Shown in pieces: positions 53,361 through 63,387 of a stretch of 64,000 nucleotides of DNA. The position numbers and the translations under genes were made by a program. The DNA lies in NCBI GenBank assembly GCA_965237405.1, contig OZ250139.1, forward strand, positions 771,820 to 835,819, written 5' to 3'. This stretch comes from Vicinamibacterales bacterium (GTDB taxonomy: Bacteria; Acidobacteriota; Vicinamibacteria; Vicinamibacterales; UBA8438). Every line of letters begins with the position of its first letter. Within the stretch, counting starts at the first letter, position 1. The notes under the pieces were generated by a model that searched no databases, was not told where the DNA came from, and was given only the letters and a program-made list of their open reading frames with translations.

Positions 53361-54697
53361 GACGCGCGATCGAAACGGCCGCCGCGGCTGCGGCCGTGCT
53401 GGCGGTTGCATGTGCGACGCGCGTGCCGGTTGTCACAGATCCGTCGTATCCGGACTTCCTGTTTCCGACCGTTCCACATGAGCTTTCGGGATCTAACTCC
53501 GCGCCAGCGCACAGAGCAGCTTGGGCCTACTTACAATTAGGGGAGCTGGCAACCGCCGCAACGCGCTACCAGAGGCTGCTACAGCAGGCCTCGGAGTTTT
53601 ATCCGGCCGAAGCTGGTCTCGGCTGGGTTAGCCTGGCCTTGGGCAAAGAGGAAGCGGCGGTTGTCCACTTTTCTGGCGCCAACGAGGCCAATCCAGGCTA
53701 TGTGCCTGCCCTTGTTGGTCTCGGCGAGGCCTACCTGGCACTCGATCAGTCAGAGGCAGCGCTGGCGTCGTTCGAGGCAGCTCTGGGGGCGGATTCAAGT
53801 CTGGTGCACCTCCGACAGACCGTCGAGGAGCTGCGTTTCACCGTGGTGAGCGAACAGATTGTGTCCGCGCGCGCAGCCGCGGCCGATGGGCGCTATACCT
53901 CGGCGGTGGCCGCCTACCACCGTATTCTGGAATCGTCTCCGGAAAGCGGGTTCTTACACATGGAGCTCGGTCGGCTCGAGCGGCTACGCGGTGATACCGC
54001 CGGCGCGCTTGAGCATGCGCGCGAGGCCATTGAACTTGATCCCTTCGACGGTGACGCCTTGGTTCTCGAAGGGGAGCTACTGGAAGGCTTGGGCGACTTG
54101 GACGGCGCGTTGGTATCTTACGAGCGAGCTGACGCGGTCATCTCATCCGAGGAGAGCACGGAGCGGGTCACCCGGGTTCGCGAGGTGATTCGTATGGCAG
54201 AATTACCGGTCGAGGTTCGGGAAATTTCGGGGAAGCCAGAGGTAACGCGCGGAGATCTGGCTGCGCTGCTGGGCCTGCAGTTGGCCGATCTGCTTGCGGA
54301 GGGAGCCGGACAATCAGTGATTATCACCGACACACGCGAGCATTGGAGTAGGGAATGGATACGAACGGTGACCGATGCCGGCGTGATGCGCGTTGACGCG
54401 GCGTATCGCTTCGATCCGTCGCGCCCGGTGCGGCGCGGCGAGCTGGCCGAGGTCGTAGCCGCCACGCTGGATCTGATCGAGGAGCAGAGCGGCCGCGCTG
54501 TGGATGTCGTCGCCGAGTCCCGTCTTGCCGACATGCGTCCTAGCCATCTCAGTCACGCGGCCGCGACCAGGGCGGTGGCGTCGGGCATCCTCGACCTGTT
54601 CGAGAAAGACACATTTCAGCCTGCACGGACGGTCACTGGTTCAGAGGCCTCGGTCGTTTCGGATCGACTCGCCGCGTTAACCCGTAACGAGAGGTAA
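53357..54697 (+). CDS. TPR-repeat lipoprotein with SLH-like C-terminal region
   Basis: Lipobox VLAVAC. Several TPR-like helices (GLGWVSLALGKEEAAVVHF, ALVGLGEAYLALDQSEAALASF). GTG 53357 overlaps the hflX TGA (GTGA). Confidence 0.6.
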   Translation: MRRAIETAAAAAAVLAVACATRVPVVTDPSYPDFLFPTVPHELSGSNSAPAHRAAWAYLQLGELATAATRYQRLLQQASEFYPAEAGLGWVSLALGKEEAAVVHFSGANEANPGYVPALVGLGEAYLALDQSEAALASFEAALGADSSLVHLRQTVEELRFTVVSEQIVSARAAAADGRYTSAVAAYHRILESSPESGFLHMELGRLERLRGDTAGALEHAREAIELDPFDGDALVLEGELLEGLGDLDGALVSYERADAVISSEESTERVTRVREVIRMAELPVEVREISGKPEVTRGDLAALLGLQLADLLAEGAGQSVIITDTREHWSREWIRTVTDAGVMRVDAAYRFDPSRPVRRGELAEVVAATLDLIEEQSGRAVDVVAESRLADMRPSHLSHAAATRAVASGILDLFEKDTFQPARTVTGSEASVVSDRLAALTRNER

Positions 54698-54776
54698 CGT
54701 GCCCACAAGGTCGCACCGCCTAGTGTGTTCCTACTGTTGGTGTCGATCGAGCTTCTGTTTGGGGCACTAGCGCGCC

Positions 54777-55331
54777 ATGGCCATCGTCACCTTGGCGAAC
54801 CAGATCACCCTCGGCCGGCTTCTGCTGGTGCCTGCGCTCGTGTTGCTCGTGCTGTACGGGTACAACGGATGGGCGTTGGTAACCTTCATCGTTGCGGGCT
54901 TGAGCGATGCTCTCGACGGGCTCATCGCGCGTCGTTCGGGCCAACACTCGAGCCTGGGCGCGCTACTCGATCCCATGGCGGACAAGCTCTTACTGGTTTC
55001 GACCTTTGTCGTGCTGACAATTCCCGGACTCGGCCTCGCAAACCAGATTCCGGTGTGGCTAACGGTGCTCGTGATCAGTCGTGACGTCATTATCGTTCTA
55101 ACGGTCGCGATCGTGAACCTGTCAGTTGGACGATTTACGTTCTATCCATCGATGTTGGGAAAAATCACCACGTTCGTCTACATCCTAACCGGGACCACGA
55201 CGCTCTTCTTTAATTACCTTGAGTATCATTCGTCGCTCGTCGATGTGATGATCTATGCTGCGCTTCTTGCGACGGTGGCGTCAGGCTTTCATTACATCCT
55301 GCATGCGTCCCGCACCCTGAACCAGGGGTAG
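54777..55331 (+). CDS. pgsA: CDP-diacylglycerol--glycerol-3-phosphate 3-phosphatidyltransferase
   Basis: The CDP-alcohol phosphatidyltransferase motif D(x2)DG(x2)AR...G(x3)D(x3)D is seen as SDALDGLIARRSGQHSSLGALLDPMADK. Confidence 0.85.
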   Translation: MAIVTLANQITLGRLLLVPALVLLVLYGYNGWALVTFIVAGLSDALDGLIARRSGQHSSLGALLDPMADKLLLVSTFVVLTIPGLGLANQIPVWLTVLVISRDVIIVLTVAIVNLSVGRFTFYPSMLGKITTFVYILTGTTTLFFNYLEYHSSLVDVMIYAALLATVASGFHYILHASRTLNQG

Positions 55332-55347
55332 GAACAGACGCGGGACT

Positions 55348-56340
55348 TCAAGCGTTTAGCTTCGCCCTGAAATATTCGATGGTGGCTACCAAGCCGTTGT
55401 CAAGGGTGACCTGTGGTTCCCAGTGCAGCAAGGATCGAGCGCGCGTAATGTCTGGCTGGCGGACCTTAGGGTCGTCAACTGGTAACGGCTGATAGACGAT
55501 CTTTGAGGATGAATTGACGGCGCTGATGATCTGTTCGGCAATCTGTTTGATTGACATCTCGGATGGGTTTCCGATGTTGACCGGATCGTTGGTCGAACTG
55601 TGCATCAACCGAACGATTCCATCGACGAGATCGCTGATGTAGCAGAAGCTCCGCGTCTGATTTCCGTCGCCGTGCACGGTGATATCGGCGTTTCGCAGTG
55701 CTTGGGCGATGAAGTTGGGGACGGCGCGACCGTCGTCGACCCGCATTCTCGGACCAAAGGTATTGAAGATTCTCACGATCTTCGTGTCGAGTCCGTGATA
55801 CCGGTGGTACGCGGTGGTCATCGCTTCAGCGAACCGCTTCGCCTCGTCATAGACCCCGCGAGGCCCGATAGGGTTGACGTGTCCCCAGTAGGTTTCAGGT
55901 TGGGGGTGCGTGAGAGGGTCACCGTAGATCTCTGACGTCGACGCCAACACGAATGTAGCTTTCTTGGCCAGCGCGAGACCCAGCGCGTTATGCGTGCCCA
56001 ACGCACCGACTTTGAGTGTCGGGATCGGAAAATTCAAGTAGTCGGTCGGGCTTGCCGGGCTGGCCCAGTGGAGGACGAAATCTATGGGACCATCGAGATT
56101 GATGTAGTTGGTGACATCTTGCTTGACGAAGGTGAAGTCGCGCCCTGCTAAGTGGGCGATGTTGGAAAGGTCACCGGTGAGCAGGTTGTCGATCCCGATA
56201 ACCGAATAACCCCGATCCAGGAGGACATCGGTCAGATGTGAGCCCATAAACCCGGCGGCACCCGTGATGACGGCTCGTTTGCTCACCGGCCACTCAGTCC
56301 AGGACTGCTTGCGGCGATCTGGCCTGTCTGACGACGCCAT
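55348..56340 (-). CDS. UDP-glucuronate decarboxylase (UDP-xylose synthase)-like SDR
   Basis: [19 protein letters not shown] and YDEAKR (YxxxK). The overall length and blocks fit UXS/ArnA-type decarboxylases. Confidence 0.75.
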   Translation of the reverse strand: MASSDRPDRRKQSWTEWPVSKRAVITGAAGFMGSHLTDVLLDRGYSVIGIDNLLTGDLSNIAHLAGRDFTFVKQDVTNYINLDGPIDFVLHWASPASPTDYLNFPIPTLKVGALGTHNALGLALAKKATFVLASTSEIYGDPLTHPQPETYWGHVNPIGPRGVYDEAKRFAEAMTTAYHRYHGLDTKIVRIFNTFGPRMRVDDGRAVPNFIAQALRNADITVHGDGNQTRSFCYISDLVDGIVRLMHSSTNDPVNIGNPSEMSIKQIAEQIISAVNSSSKIVYQPLPVDDPKVRQPDITRARSLLHWEPQVTLDNGLVATIEYFRAKLNA

Positions 56341-56346
56341 GGTCCG

Positions 56347-57786
56347 CTAATACGCATGCTTGTGAAAGAAGCCGCGGACGACGGTGAGCCACAAAATCTT
56401 GACGTCGAGACTGACCGACCAATTCTCGATGTAGTACAAGTCGTACTCGATTCGCTTCTCGATCGATGTGTTCCCCCGCCAGCCGTTGACTTGGGCCCAG
56501 CCGGTCATACCAGATTTGACTTTGTGGCGAAGCATGTACTGCGGAACCTTCTCCTTGAACTGCTCGACGAAAAACGGTCGCTCGGGTCTCGGACCGACGA
56601 GCGACATCTCTCCGCCCAGAACGTTCCAGAGTTGCGGAAGCTCATCGAGACTGAATCGACGAAGAAATGTTCCGACCGGTGTGCGACGCGGATCGTTGAC
56701 GCGTGTCCACACCGGGCCGGTGTCTCGCTCAGCGTCGTCGTACATCGATCGAAACTTTAAGACCATAAACGGGCGCCGATCCAACCCCATCCGTTCCTGT
56801 CGGTAGAACACCGGCCCGGGTGAGTTGATCCGGATGGCAACAGCGATAATCGCGAATGGTACCGCAAAGACGATGAGTGCGGTAAGCGAGACGATGACGT
56901 CTATGGCGCGCTTGACGGCGCCGTTTAACCCCTGCAGGGGTACATCGTTGATGTTGATTACCGGAACGCCGTCGAGCTGCTCGAGTCGAGCCCCCAACGC
57001 GATGAACTGCAGGAGGTCCGGGATGACCTTGACGTCGATGCATTTTTGGTTCGCCACCTCAATCAGTTCGATCATTTTCACGTGTGCTTCGAGAGGGAGC
57101 GCAACGTACAGCTGGTTGATGCGTTCTTCCTCGATTACAGATCCCGCCTCACTGAACGACCCGAGCAGTGGCAGGCCGCGATAGCTGATCGAGTCGTGGT
57201 CGGTTTTGTCGTTGAGGAACCCAACAACTTGATATCCCAGCTCGGCGTGGTGAAGAAGCCGGTCGGTCACATGCCGCGCGAGATCGCCAGTTCCCGCAAT
57301 GAGGACTCGCTTTAGACCGATACCAGCTCGAAATCGGCGCTGGGTATATCGACGTACGACTTCTCGTGATCCGTAGGTCAGCCCGACGTTGATCACCAAG
57401 AAGAGCACCCAGACAATTCGTGACACCTCATAAATGCCCTGCGAACGAGCTGCCGTTCCGGCCGCGTACACTTGAAAGTAGAGAGTGCCCAGAAGGCCGA
57501 TGACAACGACCAACACTGTCCCGACCAACACCGAGAAAAAGTCGTCGACGGAGGTGTGGTGTCGTCGCAGGCGGTAGGCGCCCTGGAGGTGGAACGCCAG
57601 TGGTACTAGTGCGCCGATGAACGGGACCATGACGAGATACTGGTCGAAGGGAGGTTGTCCCTTTGGCGCGGCGATGAGGCCGGTCTCGAAGCGAACCACG
57701 TATCCCAGTGCGAACGCAGACATGCCGATCAGGCAGTCGACGATGACATGACACGAGACAAGGACCCGAGTCTGACGCGTCACCAT
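56347..57786 (-). CDS. Undecaprenyl-phosphate hexose-1-phosphate transferase (polyprenyl glycosylphosphotransferase, WcaJ/EpsL-like)
   Basis: N-terminal TM helices, a central Rossmann-like domain, and the C-terminal bacterial sugar transferase block SLVGPRPERPFF...KSGMTGWAQV. Confidence 0.85.
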   Translation of the reverse strand: MVTRQTRVLVSCHVIVDCLIGMSAFALGYVVRFETGLIAAPKGQPPFDQYLVMVPFIGALVPLAFHLQGAYRLRRHHTSVDDFFSVLVGTVLVVVIGLLGTLYFQVYAAGTAARSQGIYEVSRIVWVLFLVINVGLTYGSREVVRRYTQRRFRAGIGLKRVLIAGTGDLARHVTDRLLHHAELGYQVVGFLNDKTDHDSISYRGLPLLGSFSEAGSVIEEERINQLYVALPLEAHVKMIELIEVANQKCIDVKVIPDLLQFIALGARLEQLDGVPVININDVPLQGLNGAVKRAIDVIVSLTALIVFAVPFAIIAVAIRINSPGPVFYRQERMGLDRRPFMVLKFRSMYDDAERDTGPVWTRVNDPRRTPVGTFLRRFSLDELPQLWNVLGGEMSLVGPRPERPFFVEQFKEKVPQYMLRHKVKSGMTGWAQVNGWRGNTSIEKRIEYDLYYIENWSVSLDVKILWLTVVRGFFHKHAY

Positions 57787-58931
57787 GTTCTACCTAGCTT
57801 CGTGGCTGTGGCCGTTTCTTCGATACAGGCTCGCATCTCGTTATGAAATCGATCGTAGGAAAATCGCAGCGAGCGCTCACGCAGGTATGCCGGGTCAAAT
57901 GAGCCAGTTATAACCTGACAGATCCCGTCGGCGAATGCTTCGGCGCTGAGTTCCTCAACCAGGATGCCAGTGTCCCCATGGTCAACGATCTCAGTCGCGC
58001 CGCCTTGAGCCAGTCCCACGACAGGTCGGCCGCACGCTAGCGCCTCAACGGGTGCGATGCCGAAATCCTCTTCGCCTGGAAGGAGGACTCCCTGTGCCCC
58101 CCGCATCTGCTCCCTTACCTCGTCATCGGTACAGCTGCCGAGGAACGTCACTTCGGGCCCCGCCAGGCTCTCAAGACGATCACGCTCGGGACCGTCGCCG
58201 ATGATACGCAGTGGCACCCGGGTCAGGCGACAGGCCTCAATGGCGAGTTCGATCCGCTTGTAGGGCACCAACGCCGAGACAATCAAGAAATACGGGCCTG
58301 GTGAAGTCCCGTTCGGACTGAAGAACGTCGTGTCAACGGGTGGATACACTACGCTAGCCATCCGATTATAGTATCGGCGTATTCTGGCCGCAACATGCTG
58401 GGAAATAGCGACATATCGATTTACACGTCCAGATGTGTCGGCGTCCCATCTCGCGAGGCGTCGGAACACTAGGCCGTACAGGCGGCTCCGAGCGCGACCG
58501 ACGCGTCCTGGGCCGAAGTAGGCACCGAACTGGTCCCAAGCGTATCGCATAGGCGTGAAGCAGTAACACAGATGACGCGCCCGTCCGGTTGGTACCACCG
58601 ATTTCACCGCGCAGTGGCTCGTGCTGATCACTAGGTCGTAGTCATCGAGGTCGAACTGCTCGACAGCCATCGGGAACAGCGGGATGTATCGTCGATAGTG
58701 CTTGGCGGCGCTTGGCAAGAACTGGACGAAGGAGCGGCGTGGGTTAGCCGCTTCGAGCGCCGTCGAGACAGTCCCGCGAACGTGAAGGAGCGTCAAGAGC
58801 GTCGCATTTGGTACAAGGGAGCGAATGGCCTCAAGAGCCTTTTCCCCGCCGCGCATGCCAGTCAGCCAGTCGTGGACTATGGCGACTCGCCGAGCTCCGA
58901 TGTCTGCTGGCTCAGGTATCCGATGCGTCAT
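57780..58931 (-). CDS. Glycosyltransferase family 4 (GT-B)
   Basis: VAIVHDWLTGMRGGEK and E-x7-E region LLPGEEDFGIAPVEALACGRPVV. ATG 58931 overlaps the upstream stop (ATGA). Confidence 0.8.
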   Translation of the reverse strand: MTHRIPEPADIGARRVAIVHDWLTGMRGGEKALEAIRSLVPNATLLTLLHVRGTVSTALEAANPRRSFVQFLPSAAKHYRRYIPLFPMAVEQFDLDDYDLVISTSHCAVKSVVPTGRARHLCYCFTPMRYAWDQFGAYFGPGRVGRARSRLYGLVFRRLARWDADTSGRVNRYVAISQHVAARIRRYYNRMASVVYPPVDTTFFSPNGTSPGPYFLIVSALVPYKRIELAIEACRLTRVPLRIIGDGPERDRLESLAGPEVTFLGSCTDDEVREQMRGAQGVLLPGEEDFGIAPVEALACGRPVVGLAQGGATEIVDHGDTGILVEELSAEAFADGICQVITGSFDPAYLRERSLRFSYDRFHNEMRACIEETATATKLGRTW

Positions 58932-60076
58932 TGGTCGGCTGCCATCTCCGCATAGATCGCGTGGACCCGTTTTACGGACTCTTGCCACGAGAACGACCGG
59001 GCCCGAACGGCCCCCCGCGCGATGAGATCGGCACGCAGCGCGGTGTCGTCGAGAACACGACGGATGCCGTCGGCGATTGCCGCCGCGTCATACGGATTGA
59101 CGAGCACACCTGCATCGCCAACGATCTCTGGCAGCGATGAGACATTCGATACCACCACGGGAGTACCGCTCGCCATGGCCTCGATCGGCGGTAGTCCAAA
59201 GCCTTCATAGAGTGACGGGAAGACGAAGACGTTGGCAAGACGATAGAGTGCGGCCAACGTTTCCTCCGGCTGAAATCCCAAGAATCGCACGTGCTTGTGA
59301 AGATTGTACCGATGCACGGCTCTTCGGAGGGTCGCGTATTTGGACACCTCGCTGCCTGAGATGAGCAGCTTGAGGTCGTCGTGCTCACCATCCTCGCGGA
59401 GGCGAGCGAACGCGTCAATGAGGCGCTCGATGTTCTTGTGCGGTTTGACATTTCCGGCGTACATCACGAACGGGTCATGCAGTTGATAACGCTCACGTAC
59501 CTGCTCGACAGCGTCTTCTGGAGGCGGGTTGTAGAACGTGTCCGCGATCGCGTTGTAGATGACCGTTACTTTGTCTTCGTTGATCCGGAAGAAGCGCAAG
59601 ATGTCCTGTTTTGAGGCCTCTGACACCGTCAGGATTCGACTGGCCCGGTGGGTTGCTACATAGAAAGCGGCACGCGCGTACTTGTGCGCGAAACGATTCT
59701 GTAGGTATTGAGGAAAGACTAAGTGGATGCAGTCGTGGATCGTAACGATCGATCGACAGGGGGTAAGCAACGGGAGCACGTAATGTGGCGTGTGAAACAA
59801 ATGGGGCTTGACGCGGTTCAAGTGGAATGGGATCGTTAGCTGTTCAGCAACAGAGTACTGGTTGGATGGGTCCACGACGTCTCGAAAGTTTGGCCCCAGT
59901 CGTTGCGATAGACCGAGGTCTTCCTTGCGGCACAGCAGCACGTACTCGCTGTCGTGGTCCAGCTGCGCCAGTTGATTGACCAGGTTGCGAACATACGTGC
60001 CAACTCCGAAGTCATGGAGTTTTCGCACGTCGATGGCTACACGCACGTTCGCGACTATAGCAGCGGAACGTTGCAA
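58928..60076 (-). CDS. Glycosyltransferase family 4 (GT-B)
   Basis: VFPSLYEGFGLPPIEAMASGTPVVVSN. Confidence 0.8.
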   Translation of the reverse strand: MQRSAAIVANVRVAIDVRKLHDFGVGTYVRNLVNQLAQLDHDSEYVLLCRKEDLGLSQRLGPNFRDVVDPSNQYSVAEQLTIPFHLNRVKPHLFHTPHYVLPLLTPCRSIVTIHDCIHLVFPQYLQNRFAHKYARAAFYVATHRASRILTVSEASKQDILRFFRINEDKVTVIYNAIADTFYNPPPEDAVEQVRERYQLHDPFVMYAGNVKPHKNIERLIDAFARLREDGEHDDLKLLISGSEVSKYATLRRAVHRYNLHKHVRFLGFQPEETLAALYRLANVFVFPSLYEGFGLPPIEAMASGTPVVVSNVSSLPEIVGDAGVLVNPYDAAAIADGIRRVLDDTALRADLIARGAVRARSFSWQESVKRVHAIYAEMAADQ

Positions 60077-60133
60077 CCGCGAGGAACCTGTCTTATAACG
60101 GGTTCCGGGTCACCACATGGGTGGACTTGGACG

Positions 60134-60979
60134 CTAGCCAGGTGGGTCGCCCGAGCGAGTCGGTGGAGGAAGTTCTCCGCGTAGGCGCAAGTATAGGCGG
60201 AGGACCGGTTCCCAACCTGGATGGTGTTTGGCGTAGAACGCTATCTGGCTGCGTCGATACAGTTGGCGAGTGCCTTGTGGGATGTGGGCACCCGAGCGTC
60301 CGCGCTGGTGAATGACTGTGACCTCTGGTGCAAACAGCACACGTGCTCCGCGTTCACGGATCGCCGCGCAAAAGTCGACGTCTTCGCCGTAGAGAAAGAA
60401 GCGTTCGTCCAGGAGGCCGACGCCTGTCGCATTGGATCGTCGGACAAGTAGGCATGCGCCGCTGACCCAGTCCGGGGTTGCCGTGCGCGTGAGTGATCGG
60501 CCTATCCACCAAGAAAGAAGTGGGATGTTCGTTGTCAGGACGACGTTCTTGACCTTTTGGATCAGCTCGTTAAGTGGACTGACCATCTTACCGAACGAAA
60601 GTTCCGCATATCCGGCTTCGTCGGTCAGGCGCGGCCCGACCACAGCGACATTCGTCTCATCACGAAGCCGACCGACGAGATAATCGATGGCTCCGGGAGG
60701 GACGATCGTGTCGCTGTTGAGGAGGAGCACGAACTCCCCATCAGTCGATCGGATACCTATATTGTTGGCGCGGGCATAGCCGACGTTGATGGTGTTCTCA
60801 AGAACCGTCACGTCAACAAACCGCGCGCGAATTGTCTCGACGCTGCCGTCTCTGGAACCGTTGTCAACGACGACGACGTGATGATCGATGGCCGGTGGGG
60901 CATCGTGAAGCGAGTGGAGGCAGGCAACGAGCTCCGCGCACGTGTTGTAACTGACGATGACTATCGTGAGTTCAGCCAT
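60134..60979 (-). CDS. Glycosyltransferase family 2
   Basis: Likely start MAELTIVIVSYNT. VVVDNGSRDGS, LLNSDT (DxD-like). It overlaps the upstream gene's stop (ATGGCTGA). Confidence 0.8.
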   Translation of the reverse strand: MAELTIVIVSYNTCAELVACLHSLHDAPPAIDHHVVVVDNGSRDGSVETIRARFVDVTVLENTINVGYARANNIGIRSTDGEFVLLLNSDTIVPPGAIDYLVGRLRDETNVAVVGPRLTDEAGYAELSFGKMVSPLNELIQKVKNVVLTTNIPLLSWWIGRSLTRTATPDWVSGACLLVRRSNATGVGLLDERFFLYGEDVDFCAAIRERGARVLFAPEVTVIHQRGRSGAHIPQGTRQLYRRSQIAFYAKHHPGWEPVLRLYLRLRGELPPPTRSGDPPG

Positions 60980-62075
60980 CGTTTCGAGCGGCCTGTTCGA
61001 ATACTTTGAGGGTTTCTTGTGCGGCCCGTGTCCAACGGAACGAAGGAACGAGTGTCGCGCTGAGCTCACGTTGTCGAGCGTGGGCCGATTCATCGACGAG
61101 GAGCTGGGTGATGGCGTGAGCCGTAGCGGTCACGTCGCGTACGGGAACGAAAACCGCTGCGTTCCGGTACAGCTCACGCGCGACCGGGGTATCCGCAACG
61201 ACTACCGGCACGCCGGCAAACATGGCTTCCAGCGGAGTGAGACCGAACCCCTCGTATTCGGACAGAAACGCGAAGACCCGAGACTGCTGATAGAGCGCGG
61301 CAAGCTCCCGCTCAGGCAGATACGATCGAAGCGAAATACGGTGTCCAGTTCCGGTTGCGGCGATTAGCGCTGGAAGATCGATCGGCGGGTAGGTGCGGTC
61401 GTCGCCGACCAGCACGAGTCTCGCCTCCGGAACCGTCCGGCAGACCTTTGCGAAGGCAGATACAAGGGTCGGGACGTGGCGCCGGTTGAAGATCGATCCG
61501 ACGAATAAGACAAGGGGTATCGATGGCGGCTGGTGCAGTACCGTTGGCACGCGTATTCCCGAACGAACGACATGTACGCGGCTGGTCGGTACGTCAAAGA
61601 ACCTGAGGATTTCGTCGCGCGAGAACTGTGAGACCGCTATGACAGCCCTGGCGCGCGCCAGAGTTCGCGCGGCCAATACGCGTCGCCGCAGGCCTTCGCG
61701 CCACCGGAACCATTCGGGGTGGGCCATGAACGATACATCGTGCATGGTTACGACGAACGGCACTACGATTCGAAGAGGGGCGGAGTAGGCCGGTGCGAAG
61801 AAGAGGTCGAGGCTGTCGCTGTTGATGGCGGCGGCGAGATCGAGCTGCTCCCACCAGACTCCCGAACGGCCAGCTATCGCCCGATGACGAAACCCAGGGA
61901 TTTCTTCGATTGGTCGACCAGTAATCGTCAGATCGGTGGTTTCACCGGGCGTGTAGATAACGAACTCGTGAGCGACGGTGTCCGAGGCAGCCCATTGGGA
62001 CAGCAGCTCGTCGAGGTAACGTCCTACGCCAGTACGCTTTCCGAGCAATTCATGTCCGTCTATACCGACGCGCAT
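60972..62075 (-). CDS. Glycosyltransferase family 4 (GT-B)
   Basis: FLSEYEGFGLTPLEAMFAGVPVVVAD. Confidence 0.8.
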   Translation of the reverse strand: MRVGIDGHELLGKRTGVGRYLDELLSQWAASDTVAHEFVIYTPGETTDLTITGRPIEEIPGFRHRAIAGRSGVWWEQLDLAAAINSDSLDLFFAPAYSAPLRIVVPFVVTMHDVSFMAHPEWFRWREGLRRRVLAARTLARARAVIAVSQFSRDEILRFFDVPTSRVHVVRSGIRVPTVLHQPPSIPLVLFVGSIFNRRHVPTLVSAFAKVCRTVPEARLVLVGDDRTYPPIDLPALIAATGTGHRISLRSYLPERELAALYQQSRVFAFLSEYEGFGLTPLEAMFAGVPVVVADTPVARELYRNAAVFVPVRDVTATAHAITQLLVDESAHARQRELSATLVPSFRWTRAAQETLKVFEQAARNDG

Positions 62076-62093
62076 AGTCTTAGCGGAGCCAGC

Positions 62094-63227
62094 TCATCCT
62101 GTTGTTGACATTGGCGTTTTGCGTCGTTTTTCACAGGTAGTCTGGTACGCCTGTCGGAGGGCGACTGCCGACGCCTTCCAGGTGAAACGGGCAACTTGCT
62201 GGAATCCTCGCTCAACGCATGCCTGCGCAAACGGGTGGTCGGAAAGCATGCGTTCGATCGCGCGCGCGATCTCCACAGGCTCCATTGGGTCCACCACCAA
62301 ACCGGCTTCGCCCACAACCTCTGGAAGGGCACCGCGATTCGATACCACAACGGGGACGCCGATCGTCATCGCTTCGACGGCTGGAAGTCCGAATCCCTCG
62401 TGAAGTGAAGGGAGCACGAGGACCGCTGCGTCTTCATACATTCTGCGCAGGGTGGCGGGGTCAAGGTATCCGGTGCAGCGAACGCGATCCTTCAGAGGTG
62501 GGTGCTCGAGTCTGTCGATCCAATCTGGTGAGCGTGAGGTCGGTGGGCCGGCAAGCACCAGAGCCGGGCACTTCGCGGCGTGGCGTTCGAGTAGCACAAC
62601 GTACGCGTCCAGCAATCGGCCGATGTTCTTGCGTGGTGCTAGGGTCCCGACGAACAGCACGTGCCCATGTTCCGGCCAGTCCGGTCTGGGTGTCCAGTCC
62701 GGTGCGCCGTTGTAGCAGACCGAAATCTTGTCAGTCGGAACACCAAGGCGTCGGGAGACCTCCGACGCCGTGAAGGCCGACGGTACGATGACCTGGTCAG
62801 CGCGTTTCACGTGATGCTTTACGAGATTCGGGTAGTCGCGCTGAATCTCGGCCTCGGCATGGTCCGGGTGATCCAGAAAATCAAGGTCGTGAACCGTGAC
62901 TATTTGCCGGGCGCTTCGGGTTGGGATCAAGAGCGGGTGTGGCGAGTGAACGACGTCGTAACTATGACCGGTGAGCCACTCGATCGGTGGCCAGCCGAGT
63001 TGGTGCCACGCGAAATTCAGTAGGCTGACAGGGACGCGACCATCGTAGCTCCGTACGGACGGCCGAATTAGTCCGAGCCGATCCTTCCAGGAGCTACTGA
63101 AGACGGTGAGGTCGATCGCCGAGGCGTCGCCATCGCCGTCGGCGAGCACCGAGACCAGGGAGTGAATCCACTCTCCAACCCCTGTTCGCTGGCGCAGCGC
63201 CGGTCGATAGTCAATCAGGACACGCAC
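62094..63227 (-). CDS. Glycosyltransferase family 4 (GT-B), first gene of the minus-strand EPS operon
   Basis: VLPSLHEGFGLPAVEAMTIGVPVVVSN. I prefer GTG 63227 (VRVLIDYRP) because the track's ATG 63269 lies inside a perfect palindrome. Confidence 0.75.
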   Translation of the reverse strand: MRVLIDYRPALRQRTGVGEWIHSLVSVLADGDGDASAIDLTVFSSSWKDRLGLIRPSVRSYDGRVPVSLLNFAWHQLGWPPIEWLTGHSYDVVHSPHPLLIPTRSARQIVTVHDLDFLDHPDHAEAEIQRDYPNLVKHHVKRADQVIVPSAFTASEVSRRLGVPTDKISVCYNGAPDWTPRPDWPEHGHVLFVGTLAPRKNIGRLLDAYVVLLERHAAKCPALVLAGPPTSRSPDWIDRLEHPPLKDRVRCTGYLDPATLRRMYEDAAVLVLPSLHEGFGLPAVEAMTIGVPVVVSNRGALPEVVGEAGLVVDPMEPVEIARAIERMLSDHPFAQACVERGFQQVARFTWKASAVALRQAYQTTCEKRRKTPMSTTG

Positions 63228-63232
63228 TAACT

Positions 63233-63277
63233 CCCGGGCGATGGTAGCACACCTTCGGTGTGCTACCATCGCCCGGG
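63233..63277. promoter_or_regulatory. Perfect 45-nt palindrome (about 20-21-bp stem) in the divergent EPS/ugd control region
   Basis: CCCGGGCGATGGTAGCACACC-TTC-GGTGTGCTACCATCGCCCGGG, read directly. It lies 5 nt upstream of the GT4 GTG start and about 110 nt upstream of ugd. Confidence 0.85.
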
Positions 63278-63387
63278 ATGAATACAGGATTCGTATAAGT
63301 CCTTGAAATGCAATGTCTTGACAGGATGACCATGGCCTGTGGTACGGTTAACGGCTTGACGGTTGGAGCTGAGCGGAGCCGAGCGGG

